A stretch of DNA of 64,000 nucleotides from Vairimorpha necatrix (Eukaryota), in contig CP142727.1 of the NCBI GenBank assembly GCA_036630325.1, positions 372,001 to 436,000 of the forward strand, written 5' to 3'. Numbering within the stretch: position 1 is the stretch's first letter; the number at the start of each line of letters is the position of its first letter. Below the pieces are notes generated by a model. It did no database searches. It saw nothing but the letters and a program-made list of their open reading frames with translations, and was not told where the DNA came from. Shown here one piece after another: positions 37,270-49,549 of the stretch. The position numbers were made by a program, and so were the translations under genes.

Positions 37270-38000
37270 ATGTTTATTTAGCTCAATGGTAGATAGCAGA
37301 TTGTCATTAAGCATGGATAAATTTAAACTTTGGGGAAAAAATGTTTCTTTTTTTAGGATGCAGTCAGAACGATTCAACTATTGTAATAACTACGGTAATA
37401 TTGAAATGATTCGAATGATCTTGCGTCGTTTAGATATAAAAAGATTCGAATCGAGTTGAAAACGCATCATATCCTTGTGATGACTTATTATAAATAGAAA
37501 TATCTGCTAGGTATGGCTGTTACACAGTAAAGTGGGATATTAGAGCATATAAGAGACTGGATATAGTGGAACAATAGAAGGCTTTGTAACCATATGCTAA
37601 AAAATTCTAAAACACGGTGCGCGAAAACTAGTAGAAAAATATAGGTAGGCGCAGCCTATCAAAAGCCGAGCTGATGGCATGGCACTGTAAGGTGCCTTAT
37701 ACGCATAAAGATGATTGTGAGAACTTTCTAGCTTGTAAGACGTTGTCTCTCGGGGCATCAAATAATTTCATTTTAATATATTCACTATGAGTTACTCTAG
37801 GCAGTTTCATGATAGTGATGAGCAATTGTTATTTTAGTCCAAGGTACCAATGGATACGGTAAAGCTTGATGCAAATGCAATTCATATGCAGGAAATTTTC
37901 GTAAGTAATAACCTTACAGTATCAGTTATAAAAGGTAATCTAAATTCCCTCTGCCGCCTATGTAAGATTTCTTTCTTCCTCTACATGCAATGAGAAAAAA
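37270..38000 (+). mobile_element. tRNA-headed SINE-like element, copy 3 (old, diverged)
   Basis: Starts with A box TTAGCTCAATGGTAGA. Colinear blocks AGTGGGATATTAGAGC..TAAGAGACT, AACACGGTG, AGATGATTGT, CCAATGGATACGG and ACAGTATCAGTT match the reverse complement of copy 2. Ends TGCAATGAGAAAAAA. Confidence 0.72.
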
Positions 38001-38536
38001 TTTCTTGCTATTCTTAAGTGTTTTCGATCGTATAACTAATATGTTACAAACTAGCGGTTCAACTTATATGCCGTGTCAATGCCTACTAGGATTATCTGAG
38101 GATAGTCTATATATCTATTTTTCTTATTTCTATAATATTGGTAAACATAAATTTATGAAATGGCGTAATTATTATTTTTGTTCACTATACAAAAAACTTT
38201 GTAATGAATCATATATTGATTTAGTATTATATAAAGAAACCAAAATTCAGAATGAGAATGTCTCTAATAGGAATATTAAATTACTACACAGAGAAAATTA
38301 TATCGGGCTGAAGAAAGACGATTTTTTTTTCATCAAAATATCGTATTTTTGCAAAAACCCCTATTTTATAACTTATTTAAATAAATAATTAATTATGTTT
38401 AAAACAAGTAATGAAAAAAATCTTTTTCTCAATAAATTTGATTAGTTTGGTTGTAATTTTTTAACTATTATAATCAGATAATTATTGTTTATGTCAATTT
38501 TACTATTGTAATATATTGTTATTAAAAACAAACCCC

Positions 38537-39487
38537 ATGTTTTTATTTCATTCTTTATTAATCACTTCAAGTCTGGTTTTAGAAACAAGTGAACATTCTG
38601 TAGTGATACAATTTAATCAACAGATGAATAAAATCGAAGACATTGATATTATGACAATTTTAGCAGAGGAGCATAGCGGATTGCCGCAGGAAGATTATAT
38701 TGATCCTACAATGGAAGAACTTTTTGAACATTTAATAAGCGGAGGCAGTTTAAATGATCTTTATGACATAAAGTCCCAAGATACGCTTCAACATATTTAC
38801 AATGCCGTAATTGAAAATCCTTCAAGTATAATAAACTGTATTATAACATTAGAAAATCAACTAAATCAAATGAAGTATAAATTATATCAAATCAAAGAAG
38901 AGTCTAAATCTCGTTATGTTCAAATGCCAAATTTAATTCACGAACATGAATTCGGCAATGACGAAATAACAAAGCTTATGGAATACCGAACTCAATTACG
39001 GCGATTTTTTTTAAAGTATGAAAAATCTTTGTTTGAATACTCTGAATATATAAAAGAAAAATACATCAAAATTCCCATTATATACAATGAAGTTGTAGTT
39101 TCAACTTTCAATTTTTTTATTGATGTTTGTGATTTTATAATACCTATAAATTCCCATTTATCAGTACGTTATAATACAATGATTTTACTGAATAAATTTT
39201 TATTGGATCATTGGAAAATACAAGAAGTGTTGAATACTATTTATTTACCAAACCTTATTGAAGCCATTATAATATATTGTAAGAGTATGATAACTTACAG
39301 TGGTAAAGATCAAAAAGAATTTAATAAACACTTGAAAACTTTATTAAATAATTTTAAAAACTTTTATGACGAAAAAGATGATATGTGCATTCGATTATAT
39401 GAACCATGTCGGCTAATGTATATGAATCATATGTCGATGAAAGAAAATATTTTCAGTAGTAACTTATTTTATAGAATACTTAAGTAA
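38537..39487 (+). CDS. Secreted protein, family A, divergent subgroup (316 aa)
   Basis: CCCC-ATG at 38537 (not TTG 38516), signal MFLFHSLLITS, motifs DIMTILAEEH, DFIIP and LDHWK. Confidence 0.85.
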   Translation: MFLFHSLLITSSLVLETSEHSVVIQFNQQMNKIEDIDIMTILAEEHSGLPQEDYIDPTMEELFEHLISGGSLNDLYDIKSQDTLQHIYNAVIENPSSIINCIITLENQLNQMKYKLYQIKEESKSRYVQMPNLIHEHEFGNDEITKLMEYRTQLRRFFLKYEKSLFEYSEYIKEKYIKIPIIYNEVVVSTFNFFIDVCDFIIPINSHLSVRYNTMILLNKFLLDHWKIQEVLNTIYLPNLIEAIIIYCKSMITYSGKDQKEFNKHLKTLLNNFKNFYDEKDDMCIRLYEPCRLMYMNHMSMKENIFSSNLFYRILK

Positions 39488-42229
39488 ATTTGACCTTAAA
39501 TCGATAATATTAATAGCATACACAATGTATATCACATGAACCATGTACTAATTCATTATTTATGAAAAAGCTTAGATTTTTTAAAAAATGTTGAAATTAA
39601 AGCAAAATTTTGAATCTTGCACCAAAAGTTTTATAGGAAAGTTATTTTTTATTAGTTTTCGGGCGATATGTATTTAAGCACTTTAATTTTGAATTTCAAC
39701 TTTCTATTTATAACACTTTGTCAAAAATAAAAAGCAAATGCTCATAAAAAACCATTATACAACATATAAAAGGTCTTTAATAAAAGTGAATGTATAAAAA
39801 ATTGTTCAAAGGCTGTTAATAGTGTGCGTATTACAAACTTGTTTTTATTAGATGTCAAAACACATATTTTAACTTAATAATGCCTATATATTTTTTGTTT
39901 TTGATTGACTAGAGTATTATAAAATTTAAAAAAAAATTGATAAAAAAGTTAAGGGTAAAGATTAGGGCCACAGTTGTTGCGGTAGGTCCTGATTATGACG
40001 ATTTATGTTACTTTTTTGTTCCAGAGTATTATATAGTGTCCAATATTTTTTTCTGCTGTCGCAATACTTTCTACATATATTATATTAAAAATGAATATGG
40101 ACGCTAAATTTTAATTAAATTTTTCTTACAGTAATTTTTTCAACAATTGTTTGGTTTTATTAACCACATGTAAAAAAGAATTCCACTACATATATTTTAG
40201 CATAAGTTGTACGTATAAAGTGAAATTTTTTGTCATTGTTTTTATCTACAACGTTCATAGATTCATAAATGAAAAGGACTTAAAAATATAAATAGGGATT
40301 AAATGTACAAGATAAAAAATTGGGCATAATATATATTAATGAATCCTTTTTTTACTTAGTTTTTGAAATTTTTATGTTCATGGGGAAATGCAACTTTACG
40401 ATATACATTCATGTCTTACGTTTTAAATGTTAGAAACAAGACTGAATAATCATAAAAAGATAAAGACAAATTTTTCAGAACCAACTGAAAGCGCAAAATT
40501 TTGCTTTAAGCTATAACAAAAATGAAAGTATATCTTGACGGACATTGTCAAGAGACAACGGTTAATAGTATAATGCTGTATGATTTTAATTTTTTTGTCC
40601 TTTGCAATGAATTGATTCGTCTACTATAAATTAAATGCCATCATAAAAGTATTTTACCTACAAGACACAAACAAATGTTTCTGAATTGCATATAAAATGT
40701 CTAAAACTTATTGTTTAAGTATTTTTTATAGATTAATAGAATAATAACTTGCGCATAACAAATGTAAAATTAATTGGATTAATGATGTATACAGATTTTG
40801 TTTCATTATATTATATAAACAGGTAAAACATATCCACATATTGAATTTATGCAACCGAAGTTCATAATAATATACATATCTTTATATTTTATATTTAGCG
40901 AATTATATGAGAGTAGCTTAGTAGGCAATTACTTAATTTTATAAATATAGGCAGTGGTCGCCTTAACCTCATCCTCGACTTTTCTGCTAAATATAAGTTA
41001 TGCCTGCTCTAAATGACAAAAGTTGAGACGAAAATTTTTAAGAAGTTAGAAAACGTGTTGCCACACTCAAAACAAATACGCTGGCAAAAAATGCTACTTT
41101 TTGCTTGAGTTAATGTGTATTCTAATTCATATATATACTTATACTGTATTGGCTGCAATAGCTCTCGGTGATGCACTCCGAGGAGAGATTTATCATATAA
41201 AATTACAAAGCAACACGAACGCTGTAAACTTATTACATAGGTTTATAACACCCTAGCTATATTTTACTGTATAAAGCGACAATTAAAGCTTAAAAAGGCA
41301 ATTTGGTGTCATGGCGTATAATGAGACTGTGCGCGAGAAGCAAATGATAATAAGAGTATTTTTATGTCCGACGTTCCCTTTCTTTGTTATTTAAACTACG
41401 TCTAATAATTATCTTATGTAATTTATATAAAAAACATTTTCTTATGTAGTAAACGAACATTAAATAAATATATAGGCATAGAAGAATTGTAGAAATTATA
41501 AACTTTGAGTAGGTTGAGATATAGAAACACAGTATTAGTTAACATCCTTACATTTACTAAAAACATTATTATGGTTTTGTCCTTTCGCGCACTTTTAAAA
41601 AAAATTAATGATCATCCCCTTATAAATTATTAGTAAAATTTATATTTTTTAAGGAAAGTCCATCATTTATGCAATGGTTTTTTAATTACATAGTATTAAA
41701 AATTTAGATAAGACATATTGTAAATAAAGGTTATGCTGTAAATCGTAAAATACCATTTTTTAAAATACGAAAAATAAAAAATTTTCAAAAACTTTAGATA
41801 GCATTAATTCGAAATAAAGCTAGAAACAAAAAAATAGATGATTCTCAGTAAATATTGCCGTAGAAATATAAGACAAACCAAAATTAGCTTTATTTAAATG
41901 TTTTTTTATTTTGCAGAAGATTAAACTAAGAATATAATAATCAGCGAAAAATGAATAGCTAATTTTATGGCAATATTTTTTAATAAAGATACATTCTCAT
42001 TTTTTTATCAAAACCTCTTTTTTATTAATCAATAAGCCTTTATACAACATGATAAAATGACATATTCATGTGTGTACGACTTGAAAATTTATGTTTATTT
42101 GTAAAATATTTATACTTGTTATATTAAACTATCTTAGATCAAATTATACTATTTAGCAGGTCACGTGTTTTTCTTTTAAGTGTCCTTGCTTAGATTATAA
42201 AGAGTTACAAAACATATCTAACACATTAA

Positions 42230-43147
42230 TTACATTAAGATATTGAATTTAGCATATGTTTTCTTAATTATTTCACATATTTCATTTAAACGTTTACAAA
42301 ATTGATTTTTTTCCTCAATAAAATTAACGAAAGAACGTCTCAAATTATCAACATTTTCGACTATTTGCCACTTCTCATTGTCTCTTATTTTCAATGCATT
42401 TTTACAAAAATAAATTATTTCATCAATCAGAGACATCATACATATATTGTTCGTCACTGTATGTATTTTCCAAATGTCTCGAGAACACGTATCTAGCAAA
42501 TTTCGTGAATAATAGCGTAATGATAAATTGGTTTTCTTAAATATTATGAAATTGGCAACATCTTTCATGAAATTAAGAGAAATAATTATCTTTGCTGTGT
42601 CGTCGGATTTAATTAAAGAAAGAGTATTTATAATGTGTTCGATATAATTAGAAAGTGCACATTCATATATTAATGAACATCGTCTTAAATAATTTCTATT
42701 CCTTTTGATTGTTTTCATATCAAAATCTGAAAAAATAATTGTTTCGAATTTAAATTGTTTTAGTGTAAAAATTGTTTCGTATTCATTTTTAATCTGATTA
42801 AATTTATCATTCATTAGGTTAAGTAAGTTATCCAATGACACGAAACTATATATCTCAGTTACCTTGTTATTGATTTTACAATCATAGATATGTTGATGTG
42901 TACTTGCATATGTGTCCACTTTATAATATTCCAATTTTCCCCCGCTTAATAAATACTCGAATAAATCTTCGGTAGTATGATCACTATAATCTATATGTGT
43001 CAAGTCGTTACCTCCTTCTGCTAAAATTGTCATAATATCAAGATCTTCGTAATTATTTATCTTATGATCATAATGAAACAGCATAGAAATTTCATTAGAT
43101 TCGAAATGAGGACTAGAACATATTAACAAAGAAATAAATAAATACAT
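42230..43147 (-). CDS. Secreted protein, family A, divergent subgroup (305 aa)
   Basis: CCCT-ATG at 43147, signal MYLFISLLICS, motifs DIMTILAE, EDLFEYLLSGG (shared with 38537) and DIWK. Confidence 0.85.
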   Translation of the reverse strand: MYLFISLLICSSPHFESNEISMLFHYDHKINNYEDLDIMTILAEGGNDLTHIDYSDHTTEDLFEYLLSGGKLEYYKVDTYASTHQHIYDCKINNKVTEIYSFVSLDNLLNLMNDKFNQIKNEYETIFTLKQFKFETIIFSDFDMKTIKRNRNYLRRCSLIYECALSNYIEHIINTLSLIKSDDTAKIIISLNFMKDVANFIIFKKTNLSLRYYSRNLLDTCSRDIWKIHTVTNNICMMSLIDEIIYFCKNALKIRDNEKWQIVENVDNLRRSFVNFIEEKNQFCKRLNEICEIIKKTYAKFNILM

Positions 43148-43863
43148 AGGGCTATTATTTTTTAGTCTCATTTATCACTGATTAATTTAGAAATTATATT
43201 CAAAAATAACTGTTAATGTTTGTAAAAAGGCCAAATAAAAAAATATAATTTATTTGTTCGTGTTAGAATTATGAATTTGGACAATTTATCTATATGACGT
43301 GTATTTTCGGGACTAAATTGAAATATTAGGGGGTTTCGGAATTTTTATCTATAGTATTCGCTTCAAAGCTCGGTTTCTTGATTTTCTCAACGTCATTTTA
43401 CTCTCTTGTCAAAAATAAATTTCAATTAAGTATGTCGTCTTCTACCATTACTATTTTTCGATAATATTGTTGTCAAGCATTTTTTAAAAAAATATTTGGC
43501 TTTTGTTAACATGTTAACGTAGTGTACAGATTAAACAACTAAAGACTCGTATCTGTACTTGTTATTGTGTGTTGTATCATCCGCGGACGAATTTTTTAGA
43601 TAGGCTTATTTCGAATCTGCTGCTGTACAAAATTCAAAATACAGCAATTTTAGTCAATTAGTTTCTTATACGAATATTCTAGCCAAAACATCTCATAGAT
43701 ACATGTATATTTATACGTATCCGACATTTACAGTTATTTATTGCGCGCACACTATAGAGGTTCGATTAAAATACAAACAAAAGCACAAATACAAACTTTT
43801 CGAAAAAATGACTTTAGAAGGCTAACAAATAGTTGGGATGTTTGGCTTTTTTTTCTTTGTTGG

Positions 43864-45897
43864 TGTCCTGTATAGACGGGACTTTGCTATATTTATAATA
43901 GCTTTCTAAATAATTTTTAATATTATATAATTTATTGATGGTTTCTCTATTTCTCTTATACTCCATATATACCATACCCTTCACAGACAGACTTTCTTTT
44001 ATATTTTATTTTTAATTAATTATTTCTTGTCAACACTAAACACAAACATTGGCGTACTTACGAATGTAGTAACGACCATGCAACTTTCGTTTGTTTGTTT
44101 GTTTGTTTGCGTGACTCATCATTACATGCCGTTTAAGATGTTTGACGGCTGATCGTTTTGACAGTTGTCTATGTGATGTAGTCATGTACATCACATTCTG
44201 CCCTCTCCTAAAGCTTTAAATTTTTTAAAGATACCACTTCATTCTTATATATTCCTGACCACTCTTAATGTTTCAATATTTCGTCCGGCGGTTCTACTAT
44301 TATATTATTTTTATTAATTTTTATTATTTCCTGCTTATTCTTCGTGTTTATATTTTCTACCTTTTCTTTAAGCTTATTTCTTATTTTATATGTCTTCATT
44401 TGTTTATCTTTATCAAGGTATTTTATTTTTGTTAATTTAATATCTCGATTTCTTTTATACTCCTCATTATTATTTTCCTTTTCTTTATTTTTTATCTCAT
44501 TGTTAAGCTTTTGGTCAACATCTGTGTTTCTTTTAATATTTTTATCTTTAACTTTAAATATATTTGTTTCAACTACCTTCTCGCGTAGTTTCTCGTTACT
44601 AAGCGTGTTCGCTTTAATTTCATCATTTGTTGATGTTTCATATTTAATTTTCACTTCTTTTGAATTTTTTTTATTTAATGTTTCTTCTTTTAATAAGTCA
44701 TTATTCTCGACTTTATTTTTCGTTTCTTTAACTTCCTTCATCATGTATAGCTTTACTGGAACATCCTCTTTGACTTTTCGATGTTGCGATGTTTTCCTTA
44801 GCTGTTCGGAAGTATTATTTTTTATCGTAAAGCATTCGTTTGAATCGTGCGTAGTATTTTTGTGTAAACTGCACCATTTACTATTCATATAGTTATCATT
44901 TTGATTCCTAAATCGTTCTCGATCCATGTCAATTTGTCTTTGTTTGAGACCTCGTCTCTTACCTTCTAATATTAGGTGTTCTTCTACTGATTCTAGATAT
45001 GCAACGATATCCTCAATTTTTTCCATTTTTAATTCTAAAATTTTTAATCTAGTTGAAAATCCTAAGCCCATAAAGAAACTCTCTCTTAATTTTCTTTCAT
45101 ATTCCTTTCTAGTTAAACCTTCAATTCTTGCATATTGATCAATTAAATCTTTTAATTCAGCTAAATATTCTTTAATATATCGGAACTGTGTCTGCCTACA
45201 ATCCATTATTTTCAGCTGGAGCATTTCTGAACTCACTTTTTTAGTTAGATTTTTTTCTATAAATATTTTTATTTCTTTTAAATCTGATAAAGAAAATATT
45301 GGTTTTAAAATTGGGTCTTTAACAAGCTCTCCTAAAGCAATTCTCTGTTTTTTGAAATCCCATTTTTTATGTTTACTTATTTGGTTAAACTCATTAAACC
45401 AATGTTCTATTTCAGCATGATCATACTCTCTGATGTCTGCTATTATGTCTAAGTGTTTTTCCACTTCTAAATCGATCTCCTCGATCGTGTATTTAAATTT
45501 TAATCCTTCTCTGGATTTTTTTTTCATTTTTTCCTGCAATACAAGTTGCTCTTTGAATTCAAATTTGTCCTGTATAGACGGGACTTTGCTATATTTATAA
45601 TAGCTTTCTAAATAATTTTTAATATTATATAATTTATTGATGGTTTCTCTATTTCTCTTATACTCCATATATACCATACCCTTCACAGACAGACTTTCTT
45701 TTATATTTTATTTTTAATTAATTATTTCTTGTCAACACTAAACACAAACATTGGCGTACTTACGAATGTAGTAACGACCATGCAACTTTCGTTTGTTTGT
45801 TTGTTTGTTTGCGTGACTCATCATTACATGCCGTTTAAGATGTTTGACGGCTGATCGTTTTGACAGTTGTCTATGTGATGTAGTCATGTACATCACA
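43864..45897 (-). mobile_element. Gag-only (pol-less) LTR retroelement, 2034 bp
   Basis: Identical 332-bp TG..CA LTRs at 43864-44195 and 45566-45897, 5-bp TSD GTTGG on both sides, and PPT AGGAGAGGGCAGAA before the 3' LTR. It has a single ORF. Confidence 0.92.
44265..45677 (-). CDS. gag: Gag-like protein with CHHC knuckle and long Lys-rich tail (start uncertain: ATG within the LTR, or MKKK just downstream of it)
   Basis: CRQTQFRYIKEYL..L capsid-like motif, FFMGL, WCSLHKNTTHDSNEC (CX2HX4HX4C). No protease, RT or IN motifs. Confidence 0.8.
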   Translation of the reverse strand: MVYMEYKRNRETINKLYNIKNYLESYYKYSKVPSIQDKFEFKEQLVLQEKMKKKSREGLKFKYTIEEIDLEVEKHLDIIADIREYDHAEIEHWFNEFNQISKHKKWDFKKQRIALGELVKDPILKPIFSLSDLKEIKIFIEKNLTKKVSSEMLQLKIMDCRQTQFRYIKEYLAELKDLIDQYARIEGLTRKEYERKLRESFFMGLGFSTRLKILELKMEKIEDIVAYLESVEEHLILEGKRRGLKQRQIDMDRERFRNQNDNYMNSKWCSLHKNTTHDSNECFTIKNNTSEQLRKTSQHRKVKEDVPVKLYMMKEVKETKNKVENNDLLKEETLNKKNSKEVKIKYETSTNDEIKANTLSNEKLREKVVETNIFKVKDKNIKRNTDVDQKLNNEIKNKEKENNNEEYKRNRDIKLTKIKYLDKDKQMKTYKIRNKLKEKVENINTKNKQEIIKINKNNIIVEPPDEILKH

Positions 45898-46384
45898 GTT
45901 GGAATGTATAAAAACTTGTTTAGAGGATTTCTAAAAGAACTCAAGTATAAATACCATAAGAAGTAATTGTATGCATTATCAATAAGAAAAAGGAGAATTA
46001 TAAACCGGAAAAATTTAAACCTTATAATAATAACCTAATTTTCGAAAACTAACACATCCCGATTTTTACAACACATTTGATCGCAGCATTCTTTAAATAA
46101 GTATAAATCTAATCTTACTAATTTTTTATTTGACCATAATATTAAACTTGTAAATACTTTTTACGACAGATATTAATTCTACAAGAAGATTGTCATCGTT
46201 TTAAATGATCTTTACATAAAAACACAAATAAGTACCAGCCATATATATGTTAATAAAACTTTTGCAATATTGTTCGTAAGAATAATGAACAAGAATACCG
46301 GCCATCAGATGTTTTTTATGTATTTTTAGCTTCTTTTTTAAAATAAATATAAATATATCTATTTATTAATAAATTTTATTCGAA

Positions 46385-47100
46385 AAGACACAACGAGGGA
46401 ATAAGTGCATTCATCTCTTACATGTATTAAATATGGGGTTTAGAAGACAAAAAATACGTGGACACTAAGTACAAGAGATCATGGGAAACGATCGTGCGGA
46501 AATAAGAGTAGATACAGGATATCCCTTGATATAAAGGTGAATCATAATAAGCCTATATTCTTGTGTTTGACAAGAAAAAAAGGGAAATTTTTTAGTCGAA
46601 GTTGGTATAGCCAACCAGGACCGACTTCATAGTGGAAAATGAAAAACTAAAAAAAATAAGCTTCTTGAAAATGAACTGGGACTAATCATAAATCCCGGAA
46701 AGAATAGTTCCTTATGTAATGACATGAGATGGAATGGTGAGCAAATTTCATAGAAAGTCATCGGTGCTGAAACCCCCAACCTTAACTTGAAGCATGCATC
46801 CAGTCTATTGTGTTAAAGACGGTCTAGAGTCCATCTATTTGGAATGACGAGGAGGATACGATCAAAAAGGTGCAGGAGAGGAAGATGTGGCTAAGCTGTG
46901 GGCGCACTAGAAATATGGCGACCGATGAAGAAGTGGTGTCGTTGAATGAGTATGAAGCTGAATCCGAGGTTGAAAACGGAAAAAATTTCACAGAAACCAA
47001 AGTCCGTGAAGATCCAAATCCCATGAGCGATACCGGGGAAAGCTGTGCTATAAATATTAAAAATAATGATAAATTACCCCAATAAATCTTTGCATAATGT
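46385..47100 (+). mobile_element. 5'-truncated degenerate RLE-type non-LTR retrotransposon
   Basis: HNEG.KCIHL, VQEIMGNDRAEIRVDT, VEVGIANQD, NELGL, IVPYVMT*DGMV. Nucleotide-similar to 59470-59950 through the 3' UTR ...AATAAATCTTT. Confidence 0.85.
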
Positions 47101-48358
47101 TCGAAAATTTTAAGAAACGACTAAATAAAAGTATTTAGTTCATATTAGACTGACTACATATACATTTTATAGGCAATTGTCTCTACTTGAATTTGTAATC
47201 AAATTATATGTAATGTTAAAACATAAATGAAAAATTTTGATTTTATTTACTAAACAGAAATTCTTTTGGTAAGTGTAACACATGTCAATTTGCGACATTT
47301 GACATGTTGTTCTTTGAATATTTAATAATAAATAAACCCATGTTTTCATTCCTGCACTTTTAATATGATACGACTTAAAGAGCCATTATATGCTAGAGAA
47401 ATAACGGTGTCAAAAGCTTCAGCATTTGACCATTGTAATCCTAGAAATTAAAGACCATGGACCTCAAAATAAAAATTATTGACATACTCCCAAATAAAAA
47501 AGAGAAAGCATCACAATTAGTTTTGTATCATGATACTTGTATTATCCCCTTTCCCAACATTTATTATTAGTGTTACATTTCTGATTAACTGATTCAAAAA
47601 ACTATTTTGAATTTTTATTTTAATGATTTTAACAATATCCTGACATCCTTTTTATAAATTTCGTGACCACTTGTAACTGAATTGTCTTTTTATTTCTCAC
47701 CAGAAGAGAAATATCTTTTATTTTGTTTTACTTAAAAGTGTTGTACCAAATACGACTTATGATGATTTATTAGTTTAAACAGTTCTTTATCTCTTGAAGT
47801 ACAATATTTTTTGTAATTTGTAGAAGCCTCGATAATAATAAAAAAACTTTTTGACCGCCTCGAGAACTCAAATGCTCTAACACTATGGTTTTAATGCTTA
47901 GAAAATTTATTCATGTTATTTTGCACATTCTTGACTTTCCTTCGGTTTTTAGGGTAATTTATAAACACATTCTTCATGTAACTTTCTGTAATCGAGATTA
48001 TTGTGTATGGCAATTTACATACCAAAAACTCCAATATGTCAATCTGAAACATTACACGACCATAACTTTATATTTCCATACAGTTTAAACATAATTTATT
48101 AATTTAATGCAGTGTGTATATTGTTGTTGTAAATAAATATTGCATAAAATTTGCCATTCTGGGGGGTTGAAATTGTAATGTTTAGATTTCATTTTTTACA
48201 CGAGAAAACAAAGGCTACATGTCGAATTTGTATAATGTTACACTTTTGTGTCTCAATGAAGTTATATGCCTGAAAAGAGGCATTATGCACTACAAGTATG
48301 CTAAATATAAGTGTTAAAAATGTTAGTTATTTTGTTAATTTTTTTTTCTTCTCCCCAA

Positions 48359-49549
48359 ATGATACTATGTGAGATTTGTAAAACAAAATTCAGATGTATA
48401 GACGGGGAATACATTTGCGAAGAAGGGCACATTTCACAGACAAAATTAGAAGTAGCAGATGATTTACATTTTACCACAAGAAGTCAGAAACATATCACTA
48501 AAAAGGAAGCATCAGTATTTTCAAAATATTGTTTTACTTATAGAAAATTGTTACTTTACACCGTCCTATTTAAAGATTTAGTTTCTTTTCTAAAATGCTC
48601 ATCAACAAAATTTATAGATTTGTATACAAATTTTTTTTCTGGCGATAGAAAAATTGTCAGCTCACCAATAAAAATTCAATTTGGGCATTTGATAATTTTG
48701 GGTTATCTTACTAAAAGAACTGAATTGGAAAAAAATGGAAAATTGTATTTTTTTCAAGAATATCTAAATGAAATAGAAACTTTTGATTACCGCGCAAAAA
48801 TTAAAAATATAAAAAATATTTTTGATATGAAAAAAATAATAAATCAAAAATTAGGAATCACAAAAAGAGTAGGAGGTTGGCTAAATAAACATAAAATTAT
48901 GGATATATTGGGGACTGCAAAATATCCTTGCAATAAAAAACATAAAAAAATTATAAGTGAAACATCTTTGGGTCATCCATTAATAGAATATAACAAGGCC
49001 TTAATAAGGCAAGAAATTGGGTATTCAGAAGATTTACTTATAAAATATTTTTATAAAATTCTAGAATATTTTACAATACAATTAAATGAAGATTTGGAAA
49101 ATTATTTTAAAAAATATCTATCGCTTAGAAATTTGTCTAATAAAATGTTTACACCAGAGGACGAAGTTTCAATATATTTATTTTTGTATAATGAACATAA
49201 AAAACTAGAGATCGATTATAATCAAGCGCTAAAAAATTTAAATATTTTTTTGAAAAATAAATATTACGACGAAAATATAGAATCTAAAGAAACATCATTA
49301 GTTGATCTAATTGTTTTACTTACACACACATCTTATCACCATTTTTATTTTTTGGTATCTTCTACATTAAAATCAAGAGAATTCAAATCTACGAATAATA
49401 TTTTTGTGATAACAAAGACAAAGAAACAATATTATAGAAATATAAAATGGAAAGCATTTCGAATTTATATAAGAAGAATCAAAATGTTATTAAAAAACAA
49501 TATAAATTATAAGTCAAAAAAAAATTATATTGAAGATGATAGAATATAA
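48359..49549 (+). CDS. Probable RNA polymerase I initiation factor Rrn7/TAF1B-like protein (396 aa)
   Basis: CCCCAA-ATG at 48359. N-terminal zinc ribbon CEIC...DGEYICEEGH matches the Rrn7-type C-x2-C...DG..C..GH pattern. The remainder is helical. Confidence 0.55.
   Translation: MILCEICKTKFRCIDGEYICEEGHISQTKLEVADDLHFTTRSQKHITKKEASVFSKYCFTYRKLLLYTVLFKDLVSFLKCSSTKFIDLYTNFFSGDRKIVSSPIKIQFGHLIILGYLTKRTELEKNGKLYFFQEYLNEIETFDYRAKIKNIKNIFDMKKIINQKLGITKRVGGWLNKHKIMDILGTAKYPCNKKHKKIISETSLGHPLIEYNKALIRQEIGYSEDLLIKYFYKILEYFTIQLNEDLENYFKKYLSLRNLSNKMFTPEDEVSIYLFLYNEHKKLEIDYNQALKNLNIFLKNKYYDENIESKETSLVDLIVLLTHTSYHHFYFLVSSTLKSREFKSTNNIFVITKTKKQYYRNIKWKAFRIYIRRIKMLLKNNINYKSKKNYIEDDRI

Noticed and set aside
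37990-38388. 132-aa ORF
   Set aside because: Starts within the SINE tail, lacks a CCC motif and has no recognisable domain; likely chance.
40950-41350. Fourth SINE-like copy (CCTCATCC and CCGAGGAGAG matches)
   Set aside because: Only two short matches with imperfect spacing; no head, tail or further colinearity visible.
44028-44195. 168-bp LTR with a tandem partial element
   Set aside because: The GTTGG TSD flanks the full 332-bp repeats, so the whole repeat is the LTR.
44344-45138. Plus-strand ORFs of 182 and 70 aa
   Set aside because: Antisense shadows of the Lys-rich gag.
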